Assembly: GCA_965644315.1 (NCBI GenBank)
Contig: CBFFRQ010000054.1
Coordinates: 186,001 to 250,000, forward strand
Direction: 5' to 3'
DNA from: Caecitellus pseudoparvulus
Lineage: Eukaryota; Protista; Bigyra: Bicosoecida
Length of the DNA stretch: 64,000 bases
Shown here piece by piece: positions 1-14,367 of this stretch. Positions within the stretch are counted from its first letter, which is position 1; each line of letters begins with the position of its first letter. Under the pieces are notes generated by a model, which was given only the letters and a program-made list of their open reading frames with translations, did no database searches and was not told the DNA's origin. A program made the position numbers and the translations under genes.

Positions 1-3000
1 AGGTAGGTTCATGAGCAGCAGCACGCCGTCAAAGACGATGCGGATGATGGGCTGCGGTGACTGCATGGCCTTCAGCTCCACCAGGGCAGAGGAGGTGATC
101 TTGTTCACCGCCTCCTCCGCTGCATCCAAGAAAGGCTTGGCGGCGGCCAGGTCCGCCTCCGCAACGTCACGCTCCTCCGCGATGCCTGCCGCGCGCTCCT
201 CGCACTGCGCCTTGATGGAGGTGACGACTTCGTTCTCCCGCTCGGCGTCGGCCGCCTCCACCTGCAGCTCCTGCAGCACACCAGCACACTCCCGCTGCTT
301 GGCAGCCACCACGGTCATCTTGCCCTCCAACTGCACCTGCATCACCTCAACGTCCTCGGCCCCCTTGGCCAGCTTGGCCAGGCCGCCCCGAACTCTGGCC
401 TCTTGTTCCTGAATGTCAGCCATGCCCCGCTTGAACAGGGACCCGAATGCTGTGAGCAGCGCCAGGTAGGACTTCGGGGTGAACGTGACGAAACGCCCAG
501 TGGCGTTCGAGTACGCCCTGGCCATGGCCACAGCGTCTGCGTGCACTTGTGCCAGGTGCTGCAGCAAGGCGGCCCCAGCAGCAGCTGCGAGGGGTGTCAG
601 TTGGCCGTCTTGCACCCCCTGCCCCATGAGCGTTCCCCCCGCCCCGCTGCCAACTGACAGGTCCCGCTCGTCAAACGCCTGCGCAGCGACGTCTGGCCAG
701 CCACCTGGAGGCGGACGTGCACCGGCGGCAGGTGTGCGTGACAGTTGCAGGGGTGGCGCCAGTGCCGGCAGGGCGGACACGCTGGCATGTGCCACTTCCA
801 CCAGTGCCTCCGTGGGCCACGGCATGTGGAAGTCCACGACACAGCGGGAAAGGAGGGCGGGGAACGTCATGGACAGGGATGCAAAGGTGTCCAGCGGCCC
901 TGTGGGCCCATCTCCCGCAGCCCCCGCCACCATGGGTGCGATGCCGTACACGACATGCAGGTTCCGCTTCACGCGGCTGGCAAAGAGGGAAGTCAGGGCC
1001 TGTGTCGAGTCGGCTGCTTGGGCCTCTGGTCCACCCGTGGCGCTGAGTTCTGTCAGGACCATGGTGAGCTCTTCCTTGTTGAAGAGGCCTGGCAGCATGC
1101 CTGCGCACATGATGGTGTGCACGTCCCCCATCCACGCCGCGTCGCCAAACGCCGCCTCTGTCAGGAACAGCACCACGCCACGCCCGCTGCCGCCTCCCGC
1201 CTGCCGGCACACCTTGCGCAAATCGTCCAGCCACTGTCCCCGGGTGTATGCCCGGGACGCAACGGGCTTGCGGAACTCCATGCCCAGCATGTAGGCTGCG
1301 AGGCGGGTCATGGAGCAGCGACCACTGCCGCCGACGCCCACGAGCACAGCGTGGCCGCCTGGCTGGCTGAGAACACGTGCGATGCGCAGCAGGTGTTCTG
1401 TTCCGTACTGGAACAGAACAATGCCTTTCAGGGGCGAGCCGGGTGTGTCCCGCAAGATAGCTCCCAGGGCTGCCTCTGCCACCCGCCGCACTACCAGCAC
1501 ACCCCCAGTGGTGGGTGGTGCTGGGTTTGCCAGGGGGGCAGACGGCTGCAGGGGCGCCGCGGAGGAACGGCGCCGGGCAGAGGCTGCCTTGGAGAAGTCC
1601 CCACTCGCGTCCAGGTCCACGCTCTGCCCCAGGATGTCCCCCCGCGCGCCGGGGCTGGCCAGCGGCCCGCGCCCAGCAGCCGCACTCCACTCGGCCAGGA
1701 GCTCAGCCTCCTCCTCCCCAGCTCGCAGCCACGCCAGGGCAGTGTCCAGAGCCGCAGGCTCTGCCTCTTCGTCTCGCAACGCCAGGGGCACTGGCTGGTA
1801 CCACGTTCGGCGAGGTGAGATGGGCAGGCCGTCCTCGTGCACGTCCAGTGTGTGCAGGAGGGGCGAGAAGGAGGTGAGGGCCGATGCAGGCAAAGCGGAG
1901 GCGGGATCAGGGCCCGCCGCTGCCTCGCCGTCCAGCCCACATGCCATGAGCCCCGGGCGCAGGCGCCGCAGGAGCAGGGGCAGGAGGCTGTCTGGTGCTC
2001 GGCGCAGATGGCGCTGCATGACCCCCACGTAGTCATACTCCGGTGCCGCAGCACCAATGCACGCCAGGCCCATGATCACCTCCTCCTCCACTGTCAGGCC
2101 CAGGGCCACGACGGCAAGTGAGTGCGCGTGCGTGCCCATAAGGTCGGCAGTGGGGTGCCTGTCAGCATCCGCAGACAGCGTCGCAGCAAGCGCATCGCAC
2201 GCCTCCCTGCTGGGCGGCTGGCGGTGTTGTGGCTGCGAGTGGATGTGTTCCGGCAGGAACACACGCAGAGCCACGGCGTGCAGGGCGCTGTCAAAGGCCT
2301 CTGCGTCGCCTGGCAGAGTCAGTTTGTCTCGCATCACTCGATGGCACTCGTGAGCCCACAGCTGCAGCAGCGACACACCGTCCCGCACGTCGTGGCGTGG
2401 CACGCTGCACACACCCTGCATCACCCGCGAAACGTCGTTCGTGTTGAATGCGGCGTAGTGGAACTTCAGAGGCGTCGGCATGAGGTGAGATGCGCACCAC
2501 TGCTGCAGCTGACGTGTGGCTTCCACCAGGTGCCCTGCCACCCACCCCAGCGCAGGGGACGCACTCAACACACTGGGTGCAGCGTCCTCCCCTGTGCTGG
2601 CGAGACTACTGCCGCGTCGGTGTCGGCGTGTGGAGGGGGTGGTGGGGGTTGGCGGCCCAAGAGGCGGTTGCTCCCAACCCGCTGGCAGCAGGGTCAGCAC
2701 AGCCCCCACCCTCGCAGACACGCCGACCTGCACGGAAATGGCTGCCGTGTCATCCAGTCCACTGAGAGTCACGGAGGGAGCAGCGCTGGGGGATGCAGCA
2801 CTGGCCCGCGCACCGAGCGTTTGCTGTGTCGGCCCATCGCCCTGCACGCGGGCCGCCTTGAACGGTGCGTCCCAATGCCGCAGCATGTCCACGTTGAAGG
2901 CGGCGGGGTTGAACCTGGACCGCACAATGGCGCCAAACATGCCGTCAAGGGAGTAGTCCCCAGGTGCATCCATGAACACACACCCAAAGTGCCGCAGCAG

Positions 3001-6000
3001 GCGTGAAGGCACCATTCCCGCGGGTGTTCCGCCATCCGCGCCTTCACCATAGCGGCCCCCAGCCGCCGCTGCTCCCTCCGTCAGCACCACACGTGCCGTG
3101 GCCAGAATGTGCAAATCTTCCAGGCTCTTCAACTCCCCCCGCCGGTCGCGCTCCAGGAAAGGCGTTGTGCCCACTTCCATCACTTGCCGCAGCGTCTCCA
3201 GGGCAGGCTTGTCCCCCCACGTGTTCGGGGCCGGGCAGCCAAGGTCCTCCACGAACACCACCATGTTCCGACCTGAGGGGGCACCAAAGGTGCGTCCACC
3301 CCGCCGCTCCAGCCCCGCTTGCAGAGCCTGCCCAAAGCCAGCGCAGGTCGTGACGCCGTTCAGCACCAGGCGCTTGTACCTTGCAGACTTGCCATGGGCC
3401 GCGAGGCGGGCATGCCCCGACGGCGCCCACGCCCCCCGGCGCCCAGAGGCAACCCGAGGCGACTCACCTCCACCCCCACCCTGCTCCGTCCCGGCAGGAC
3501 AGGCCCGGTTCACGAGCAGGTCGGCCGTGTCCTGCGCCATGCCGCTGAGGACGGGCGACGTGGCGAATTGGTCAGGCGCCAGCTGCTGCAGGAGCAGGGT
3601 GGCTGTGGACACCTTCCCAGTGCCAGTGGACCCCGCAATGAGCACGGGGCAGCCGACTGTGTGCAGGGCAGCTGCCAGGGACACGGCTCGCATGATATGG
3701 TAGGTGGGGATGGTGACGCCTGATAAGTCCAGGGCGTCGCAGCCACCGGCGGCCAGGGCGCCAAGACCGGCGGCAGCGGCGTCGCCATCCTTGGCGAACA
3801 CGCTCAGATGAGCCATGGGCCCACCGACACCCTCGCCTCCTGGGCTGGACACCTGCGCAGGGCTGGACACGGAGGACGGCCCGGTCACTCGCAGGCCAGT
3901 GGCGCCGGCCGTGGGGTCTGACGGGGGGTGCAGCAGTGGCAGTGGAACGGACACCTGCGGCAGGGCTGACACCCACAAGGCCCAGCCCTCCCGACGCATG
4001 CGGGTGGGTGGGCCCACCTGCCCCGGCCACGCAGCCTCCTCTTCATCGTCCGTCTCATCCCCATCACTGCCCCAGGCAGGAGCGCGGCCGGCGGCGTCTC
4101 CAGCACGTGTGGACAGCAACACCCCAGGGCGCCCCCGCCAGGAGGCGTCCACGATCCAATCATAGATCGTGGTCATGCCGTACCCCTCGTCTGCCTCACC
4201 TGCCATGTCAAAGGTGCCGGTGAACGCGTCCACGCCCAGCCCTGGCGGAGGTGGCACTGGGAATGCGCCGTCGCTTCCGTAGCGTGGGCTGGGCAGTGGC
4301 GTAGGCGGAGGCAGTGGCGCCCCCAGCGCCCTCAGCCACCGGTGCACCTTGACGCGGTCTGCATCCCGCAGGGACCCGCCCACGGACCAGGCCAGTGCGA
4401 ACAGGAACATGCGCTCGATAAGGCCCGTCAGTCGGGCCGGCAGCTCAGTCGCCGCTGTCGGGGCGCCCCAGCCTTGGAACACGTCGTCGCAGAACTCGGC
4501 CGCCTTGTCGCCGTGCGACGTCGATGACGAGGGGTCGCTGGTGGCTGGCACCAGTGCCTCCCGCACAGACCCAGACTGACCGGCACTGTACAGGGGGCCC
4601 TCGTGAATGACAGGCACAGGCGGCCTGCGACGCAGCAGGCTGGCCAGGTCGCGGCTGCCGCCAGGTGTGGCGGTGGTGACATCCCCGAACGCGCTGGCTG
4701 CTCCCTCCTGCACCGGCACCACTTCGAAGGAGGAGAAGGCGCCCAGGGAGATGCCTTGCACGTTGGACACCATGTCCCGTTCAGGAGGGGGGGCACTGCC
4801 GCCAGCGAGACCCGCCGAGGTCAGCTGCCCCACCAGCAGCGCACACAGAGTGGAGACGATGGCGACGGGTGACATGTACAAGCAGGGCGCACAGGCGCGC
4901 GAGAGGAAGAAGAACAGCGTCCCTCCGGCCTCCCGGATGAGGTGTTCTTCGTGAGAAGACAGTGGCGGCACGTCACTGTCGTCGGGGACGAACGTTTTTG
5001 CAGCCTCGGGGTGCCGCACCAAGTGCGCCGTGACAGCGCCAGAGGCGGCTGTGCCGCCAATGAAGCGCTGTGCCATGCCCAGCACCACCCGCGCAACGGG
5101 TGCGGGGAGGTGCCTGCACCAAGCAGTGAGAAGGGGCTCCCACGACAGTGCCGTGGGGGGCAGGTACAGGATGCCGCAGCGCGACACGGTGGCGGGGGAG
5201 GCGTTGCGCAGGTCACGCGCCTCCATGATGAGGCGACTGCCCTCCTGCATGCGGATGCGGTCGCCAGACGCGAGGGTGAGCACCTTGTTGTCGTCCAGCA
5301 CTGAGTTCAAGTTCTCGATCCACACCGTGTCCACGGGGCCGTCCATTACGAGCCAGGAAGTGTAGTGCTTGTCAGCGGCGTTCAGGCGCTCAAACAGGTT
5401 GGAAAACACACCCGGCACCCACTCCCCCCCGCCGTGTGGGTCGGTGTACCCGTACAGCTCCTCTGTATCCACAGCCTTTGGGTTCAGGCGGCTCACGCGG
5501 ATGGACGCGCCGGACTCCCCTCCTACCAGGGACGCATCCGTGTTCAGCGCCTGTGCCAGCACCGCTACCATGGCGCTCTTGCCAGCCCCAGCAGGCCCAA
5601 TGAGCGCGATTCCATGGCGCACCAGCATGGAGCCGTGCAGTTGGACAGCCTTGTCAACCCAGGCCTGAGGCGTGGACAAGTGGAAGCCTTCTGCTGCAGC
5701 GGTGATGGCAGCCTGCACGCCGCCACGGCTGCCCTCCCGCAAGCTCACGCCGGGAAAGACGTCAGCCAGCAACGCCTTGAACAGGCGGATGTCCTGCTCC
5801 ACGAGCTTGGACACGTTCATGACTTGCAGCGTGTCGTACAGCAGGTACTCCTCGTTGTCGTGGGGTCGGGAGCGCTTCTGTGCCCCCGCTCGCCGCAGCA
5901 CACTGAGCACTGACCGCAGGCCGAAATCGTAGTGCCGCTGGGGCGACAGCTGCTGCTCCAGCATGGAGTACAGCGTCTGGAACTTGGTGGCCAGGTCGTC

Positions 6001-9000
6001 GTACTGGCCGTAGCCCAGCGCGCACAGCTTGACCTTGATGATGATGGTACGGTCGGGCACCATCATGGCGATGCTGCGGAACTGGGACTTCAAGTTGTCA
6101 GGCAGCTTGGAGCGCCCGCCGTAGCCCTTGCCGCTGGGGTTCATGGTGACAAAGTACCCCGTGCCAGGCAGCAGGCGGGAGGGCGCGGCGTCGCCTGGGA
6201 ACAGCACCTGCGTGGCCAGAGCGCGCCGCGCTGAGGTGATGCTGGCCACCTGCTGTGCAACGACGGACAGCACAGGCAGGGTGATGCGGTTGAACTCATC
6301 GAAGCAGCCCCAGCACCCGGCCTGGCAGAGACCTCTGAAGATCTTCGCCACGTCGCTGTACCGCATTTCGGAGGAGCAGTTCGTGACGACGACGTACAGG
6401 CCCAGCGTGCGGCCCATGTCCTTCACGGTTTCCGTCTTGCCCGTGCCAGCGGGACCGACGGGGCTGGCACCACAGTGCATGGACAGCGCCTGGGAGAAGG
6501 CGATGTAGGCACGGTCTGTGAGGGGCGTGATGACCAGGCGGTCCTTCACGCCCAGGTACTCGTACCCATACCCCATCGTGATATCCGCCACCCGCACCTC
6601 CAGCCTGCCCTCCCCCAACTCATCCTTCTCACCCTCACCCTCCTCCCCGCTCCCAGCCAGCATGGACGTGTCGGCACCGGCAGACACCTGTGTTCCGGGT
6701 GCCCCCGCCCGCCCCAGCGCACTGGCGCCCACCGCCTTCACGCTGCCCTGCGCAGTGGCCAGAACACCGCCCAGCGGCACGGGGTGTGGCAGCCCTGCAT
6801 GCGGCGTGCCACTCACCCCCCGACGGGCATGTGTGCCGCCTCCGCTGCGCTTGGCACCTGCACCCTTGCCGCGGCGTGGCGCGTTTTGCCCGTACAAGGC
6901 GTCCATGCCACCGTCCCACACGTTGCCCTTTGCCGACCGCTGTGCTTGTTGCGCCGCTTCATGGTCGTTGCCCACCCATGCCAGGCGAGTCTGGCGTGTC
7001 CACTCAAACGCGTCAGCTGACGCGATGCGCCGCTCGCGGTAGGCACGGGCAAGGGACGACCAGACATCGCGCTGGTGCACCTGCACCACCACCAGAGTTT
7101 CCAGCTTGATGCGTTGCATGGGCTGGTGCACCAGGTCGGGGTTCAGGCACATGGTGCCCAGCTCAGACAGCAGCGCGAGCTGGTGCTTGGTCGTGTCGCT
7201 GAGCAGTGTCTTGGCGCCCCGCGCATTGTCCAAGGTGTGCGAGACAGTCTCGCTCCACGACACTTGCAGACCCACGATGGCGATTTGCGCGGGGAAGCTG
7301 GACACCACCTCCCGCAAGCTGCCCCCTGTGCCTGTGGCCGTGGCCATGGCCACTGACGCCACCCGCCGACAGAGGGACTTCACTGTGCGCTGCATGGACA
7401 CTTCTAGGTTCGCCAGCCAGTCCTCCACACTGCCTTTGGGTGTCACGCTCTCCACCAGGCCTACTTCCTCCTTGTGCCCTGCCACGACGTTGGTCATGGC
7501 AATGATGTGCGCCTCTGTGTCTGGCCCGCCGCCGGGCGTGCTGGCACCCCCCCCACTTGACCGGGAGGGGGAGGCCAGCGCCGGTGTGGCCACCGTCGCG
7601 ACAGGGCGCTCCTCCACCTCCACCCGGTCCACGGCGTCGTACAGTTTCTCGTAGAAGCGCTGCATAGCAGAGACGTCGCTGCCTTGAGACAGCAGCTGCA
7701 GGAGGGTGGAGCTGGCGACGAAGTAAAACCGCGGGTAGGCCGCACGCTTCGCTTCCAGGTAGCCCTCCAGGGACTTGGAACACTTTTCCAGCTCCCCCAG
7801 CATGGCGGGCAGGGAACTGCGCAGAACATCGTTGGATGCTGCGGGCAGCACCAGCTCTGTCTCGTGGGCAGCTGCCATGAGGCGGGCCCACTCCGTGTCG
7901 ATGCGTGCGAACTTCTTCGCTTCGGAGGGCAGCTGGTTCACGATGTCGCCCCCCCGGAACACGCGCTCCAGAGCCGCCCACATGCTCTGCACCTTCAGCC
8001 ACAGCTCCAACGTGTCGCTGACTTCACTGAGCTGGTTCAGGGTACTGGTCAGCGCCTCCTTGAAGGGGCCCACCTGCCGCAGCCCCAGCTGCGTCTGCAG
8101 CACCAGCGACGACTCCTCCAAATCCTCCACAATGCTGCCGTAGGCAGACAGCACCCAGGTGTCTGTGCGGTCGCCCCAGCGACTGAATGAGAACGCTCGC
8201 TCCGCCCAGTCTGCCCGGATGCCGTTCAGCTTCGCTTCAATGCCTGCCTGTTTCCCCGCCGCGTCAGTGATGTCCTCGACTGCCTCGGCGTGGCGCAGCA
8301 AGCCGCCCCCCAGCCCCATCAACACCTCCACCGTAAACTCTGCCGTCTGCACGTTCACTGCCTCCTCCACCACCGCTGCCAGTGCTGCCCAGTGCCGGGG
8401 ACGCACATACTCCTGCCCCAGCGCTGTCAGCAGCGGCAGCACTTCCGACATGTGCTGCACATCCAGGCGCAGTGTGCGGTAGGCAGCCCAGGACTTGACT
8501 TGGCGCGGCAGGCGGCGCACCCGCACTTCGTGTGACTTGATGCGCTCTGTCCAGCCGGGCAGCTGATCAATGGCCTCTGCCCACTGCGTGGCCTTCCACC
8601 CAGCCAGATCTGCATCCACCTCCTCCCACAGTCCGAACACGGCACTGCACAGGCCCAGCTCGGCCGCTGTAACGGACAGTTCTGGAGAATTCACGAGAGG
8701 CAGGGCGAACAGCGCTTGACTTTCCCGAAGGCTCGCCTGGCGGCGGGACAACAGCTCGAAACGCGCCTGGCACCGACGCATGCGCGGCAGTGCCGCCTGG
8801 GGACTGAGCTGGGGCTGCATGGCACCGTCGCTCTCCCAGGCGCTGCGCATGTCCCGAACGTCGGCCAGGAAAGCACTCAGCTCCTCCTGCAGCATGGCGT
8901 GGTAGCTCGCTTGCTGCCCCTGCAGCGTCTCGGAAATGGCAGTGCCCTGAGCCACCACCCGCGCCCACCGCTGGCGCAGCTGCACTTCTGCGTCAGTGGA

Positions 9001-12000
9001 CGCCTGGTCCACGTACTGGTCTGGCATGTACCGCTGCAGAATGCGAATCATGCCGGCGATGGGCTCGATCTCAGAGCTGATGGCGCCTGCCCGCTGCCGC
9101 ACCTCTGCCAGGGCGGACATGACTGCCTGCAACTTGGGCAGGGTGTGCGCCTTCACCTCCAAACGCCCCTGCAGCGACGCCATGTACGTAGACAGGGACT
9201 GCATGCGGGAAGCCATGCGATCTGAAATCGCATCTGCGTACATGGCCTTCCACTGCTGCAGTTCCTGCTGCAGTTGGGCCTTGAGCGGCGAGGTGCTGAA
9301 CGCCAGCGCACCAAGCACGTGCAGCTGCTGGATGTGGGGAATGCGTGCTTCCCACACGGCCAGTTCGCGCAGCTTGCCTTCGATGGCGTCCAGGGTAGGG
9401 GGCGGGGACGCTGCGAAGAATGCTGCGCCCGCTGCATCCCTGTCAGCCGTCCACAGCCACTCAAAGTCGCGGAAGGACTTCAGGTAGTCCCGCACCGACG
9501 CAGACGTGCCGTGCAGGGCCCCTGCCAGCAACAGCACGAACTTAATCACCTGCACGTCGCGTCCGATGAGCTCAAAGAGGGAGTGCATGCTGTCGCTGCC
9601 ACCCGCCCCCGCGCCCGAGCCCCCCCGGCTGCCGTCAGTCAGGTTGCGGCCCTGTCCCAGCACCATGGCTGAGCCAGTGTTGTGCGCCAGCGCAGCGGCT
9701 TGCTGCGTCGGCGCGCTGAGAATGGCAGCAACAAGGCTTGACCGATCGCCATCTGCGCCCCCAACAGGGGCGGCTTCGGGGGAGGGTGCGGGTGACTTTC
9801 CAGCTGCTGGCAGGGCGGCCAGGCTCAACTGCAGGGCACCGCCGCCGTCCCCCGTGTCCACCCAGCCCTCGGGAGATGCTAGAGTTGGCTCCTCGCCGTA
9901 CGTGTGCCCCGGCAGCTGCCCCCACATGGGCATGGCCTTGAAGGAGTGGATGATGTTGCGGGCAGCGGCATTGATGCCGCTCTGAATGGAGTCCAGCGGC
10001 GGGGACAGCTGCACGCTGGGCGCGGCCAGCTGCACATCCAGTCGGAAGAAGGGCTTCCGTGCAAGGAGCACGCCAGACGAGCCCACCCGCGCACACACAC
10101 GTGCTTTCAGGGCAGACAAGCTCTGCCGCACTGCAGCCACGGCAGCGAGGTACATCTGTTCTGAGTAGTGCTGCCGCACAGACAGCACTGCTCGCCGGAA
10201 GAACTGCATGCCGTCATCCACAGTCAAGCTGCGTTGGGCGGCCTCCAAGGCCTCCTCATGCGACCTGCCTTCCAGAAACGCTGCCAGCTTCTCGCTGGTG
10301 CCGCGTGACTTGGCTGCTGCCGCGACCTCCGCTGCCAACTGTTGACCTGCCACGGCAATGAGAGCACGGGGGTGTACCGGGTATGCCCGAACGTGGTCGA
10401 TGGCGTCTTCCACAGACACTTCAATGGTGGTGTTGGCAGAGGTGAGAGCTTCCAGGCGCTCACGCAGGTGGGCTGCCTGCGCCTCTGCGAAGCTGGACAC
10501 CGTGAAGGACGCCTCGCGGGGCAGGTACATGAGGTCCATGCGCGCGACGCGCTTGATGTTCTTCTCAATGCGGTGTTCCACGATGTCGTTCACGGACAGA
10601 ATCAAGCCCTCCAACTTGTGAATGCAGTCCAGGACACCCTTGCACCAGGTGTCGATGTTCAGGCTTGTCCAGGTCAGGGACACGAGTGCAGGTCGCATGC
10701 GGACATCCAGGTCTGTCAGCGCTGGGCGCAGCAGCGGCAACGTCACAGGCAGCACCATGCCATACCGCACCCGATTGTACTCTGCCAGCACATGTGCTAC
10801 TGTGGTGTAGCTGTGCTTCAAGTGCGCCTCCCGCTGCAGGATGGCCCGTGCCGGCGGGGGCACCTCCACGTCTGGCATGCGGTCCAGACAGCGAGCCTCC
10901 CGCATGAGCTGTGCGATTTCACTGTCAAAGTTAACGTGCAGGCGGCCGTCAGCGGGGTGCCGCACGAGGAGCGTCGCGTCCAGTCCCGCTCGTGCGCTGT
11001 CCACGCTCTTCACCCACGCCGAGTGCCACAGGTACTCGAATGCCACCAGGGTGCGGGCGAGGCGGTTGTACGCTTTGATGATTTTCTTGCTCTCCGCGCC
11101 CTTCAGCACTGATGGGTACTTCTGGAACTCCTCCATGGGGCGCCGTACACGGTCTAGCAGGTGCCGGCTCCACTGCACAGCGCCAGACACGGGGGGCATG
11201 GCCCTGGCCAGAGGCGGGCGGTCCTTCTGCCGCTCGTACAGCTCCTGGCAATTCAGCAGGTCCAGGCCGTACTGGTGGAAGATGAGGCGGAACTTGGAGT
11301 CCAGGTCTTTCAGCAGCGTGTCGCGCTGCAGCACGTTCTTCAACTTGTGCAGCAGGGCGAGGGATGCCTCCACGGAGTGCAGCGCGTCGAACGCCTGGTT
11401 GATGAAGAACTGCAGACTCGTCTCCAGGTCCGCCACGCGCACGTTGAACACGACATACGCCTTGTCGAAGCTGGCGTCGTCAAACGCGAGCAGGTCATGC
11501 TGCTGTGCCTTCAAGTCCTCCAGAACGCTGAAAAACGCCCGAATGAGCTTCCCCATGCCGTGCACCCGGTGGGTGGCCAGCAGGCGGAACTGGTGCACAG
11601 TTGAGAACACGTCCAGGAGCTTCACGATGCGTCGGCAGAACAGGTCGAACTGGCCGAAAATCTGTGCCTCGGAGAAGTCCCACTGCCGCCCCTGGGGGTT
11701 CTCCGCAAGCTCCGCTCGCACGACGCGGTACTCGTGCTGGTACTCTTCCGACAGCGTCAAGACCGACTCCAGCGCCAGCAACGCCACAGAGGGCTCAGCA
11801 TGCCACAGGGGATGCACACTGGACGCCTCTGCCTGGCGCTTGGTGCCGCTGCTGGCGCCTGGCAGAGCGGGCAGGTGCCCCAGCAGCCCCGCAGAGCGCC
11901 CCCCCACCCTGCGACCTGGCGCTGCGCGTGAGTGTGCCACCAAATCCAAGTTGTCCACTTCCACAGGGTTTGCCCTGGCAGCGCGCAGGACGCTGTTGGA

Positions 12001-13849
12001 GCAGGAGCGGATGAGTTGGTTGGTCACCTTCATGAGCAGGTTCGTCATGCGCTCCGTGGAGTTGAAGTGGCGGGAGATCTGGTACACCATGGAGCAGGCA
12101 TTGAGCAGTCCCGGCAGGCCGCGCCGCACCGTGTCTGGGTCAGCCACGTACAGCGGTGCGAGGGACTTCTCCAGCGTGTTCAAGTACTTGACGTTGTCCT
12201 TCGCCTCCACGGCAGCGGCGGAGATGCTGGCCTGCGTCGCTCGCCAGCGAGTCAGCAGCGCTGCACAACGGGAGTGCAGCGCGAACGGCCCAAAATCCCG
12301 CCCGCTGCGCGCCGCACTTGTCAACACCGCCACTGTCACACGCATGATGCGGCGCTTCAGCTGCTCCGTCAACGCATGCAGCTGCTGACTGCGGGCACGC
12401 CACATCTTCACCTCTGTATCTGGCCCCGGCAGCTTGTCCGTGGTGGATGTGGCGGGGAGCGGTGGCGGCGTGCCTGTGGTGGCGCCACGCTGACCAGCCT
12501 CCCCCACATCCTCCAGAAACTGCTCCACGTGCCCGATCCAAGACTCCACGGTGTCTGCCGCGTGTTTCACGACACCAGGCCCCAGGACGCCCTCCCGGTC
12601 CTCTGGCTCGGCGTTCGCGAAGGACAGCAGCACGCTTGTCCACCGCTCGTTCGGCACGCGCAGCTGCGAGCCTGATACCGTCGCACCCCGGGCGCTGCTG
12701 ATGGCAGACTTGTACGCGTCCAGCATGCAGCCCATACTGACCGCGACGGGGTCGTCTTGGGGTGCCATGGCCCGGGAGGGGGGTGCCGGGTGGGCCAGGT
12801 GCTTCGTCACACCCTCCACCCGCTTGCTGTGTGACAAGGCCAGGTCGCGCAGCAGGGGGGAGACGACCCGGGCCAGCATGCTGTCCATGGTCAGGAGGAG
12901 GTCGGGGTGCACCGTTCCGAATGCCACCTTGCCGTCCGCTGCCACCATGAGGTCCAGGGGGGGCAGACTGCGCACCGCATCCAGTGGCTCCAGCACATCG
13001 CCCGGGCCTGGCTGGGGCAGAGCAGGCAGGGAGGTGACGGTGTCCGTCAGGGAGCCTGGCGTCATGTGCGGGGGCAGGCCACTGCCGTCCACGCCGACCG
13101 CTTGCTCTGCCGGCAGCCCCCGGGCGACAGCCAGGGCCAGGTCCACGGCACCGCCGCGGCCGCCGGCCGCCGGACCTGCCGACCCGACGCTGTCTGCCGA
13201 CCGGCTGCCCACACTACTGGCCTCGCCATCGCCGCCTGGGCGGGACGTGTCCCGTGCAGACTCCTCCTGGGACACTTCCCGCATGGTGCCGTGGTCTGCG
13301 CAGCGCTGGGTAGCCTGGGCAGCGTCTGTTCGCCAGAAGTACACTGCCTGCCCCACCAGCCCCTCCCCCGAGTCACCTGTGGACACCGTAATGCGGGGCA
13401 GCAGCTGTGTCTCATCGTCTCGCCCTGGCTCAGGCTGGTACAGGACGTAGATGGCCGTGGGCGTGGCTGCTGAGCGCCGAGACGCGGCGCTGCTGCCTTG
13501 CCCAGCAAAGCCAGTGTGCCCGAGGAAGTCCTGCAGCAATGCGAAGTTCCGGGGTGTGCTGAGGGCAGACTCCACCTCACCTGCACTGCCCATGCCGAGT
13601 GCTTCCCGGACTCGCGCAGCAATCCACCTGCGCAGCAGCCCAGCGGCGTGCAGTGCGTCGGCAGTGCGGGCGCCGCGTGCGTTTCAAAGCCTGCCGTTGA
13701 GGGACAGGCCACTTCAGAAGCCACCGCTGCAGGCACCGGAGGCCACAGGCGAGGCAGGTCTGACTGCCCCACCATTCAGGCACGTACCTATGCCTCGCGC
13801 GGAGGACGCCTTTGCCCTTGCTTGTCCCGACACGCATGGTGCCGTCCAT
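1..13849 (-). CDS. Axonemal dynein heavy chain, outer-arm gamma (DNAH5/8-like); 3' part runs off the left edge
   Basis: The ORF track lists no minus-strand ORF in this frame, consistent with one stop-free frame from 13627 to 1. Exon 1 is 13849-13788 (MDGTMRVG..RARHR) and the intron is 13787-13628 (GTACGT..GCAG). Motifs read directly: AAA1 GPAGTGKTETVKD and CFDEFNR (~6290-6455); AAA2 GPAGAGKS and WIENLNSVLDDNKVLTL; AAA3 GSTGTGK; AAA4 GVGGSGR; stalk EADLAAAKPFLDAAEEAV at ~105-160; N-terminal tail RHFNSTERMTNLLMKVTNQLI. Confidence 0.93.
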
Positions 13850-14367
13850 GGTGGCAAGCACTGCTGCACCTGCTCGGGCAAGCCTGACTGTCGAGCTCGT
13901 GCGAGGTAGCCGCCTGGTGCTCAGGAGCGCGGGGCCGTCAAGTAACTACCTAGAATGAGCACTTGCTCTGTGGGCAATGTGCCTTTCCGAGGAGCCCCAC
14001 TGCAGCTGCCTCCAGGCGGGCAGACAAAGTGTGTCTGTCGCACGCGACGAGGCTGGAGTGATGCCGAAGCAATGGAACGCAGGTGAGGCCAAGCATGGGG
14101 GGCCTCTCGTGTACAGGCACCATGAAGACGCTGTTTTCAGTTTTGGTAAATTCTCCTCAACCAGCCACCCCCATCTGAGCTCGTCTCAGACGGTGATCAG
14201 AGCGGGCACGACTGTCTGGTGTGAAGGAAACACGGTGCAAAATCAGTGTCAAGCAAGGGGGTAAACGGCGCCACCAAGTGTCCTGCATTGTGCTCGCAGT
14301 GCCACCCGGTGCAACACTGTGTTCCAACTGCCGCCACCGGCCAGCAAGAGGGTGCCAACTGCAGTGC

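Noticed and set aside
1318-1340. Dynein AAA4 Walker A with Arg instead of Lys (GVGGSGR)
   Set aside because: GSGR at AAA4 is common among axonemal dyneins, so it is not evidence of inactivation.
11-13909. Dozens of plus-strand and off-frame ORFs across the dynein region
   Set aside because: They are GC-rich shadow ORFs of the single minus-strand dynein frame.
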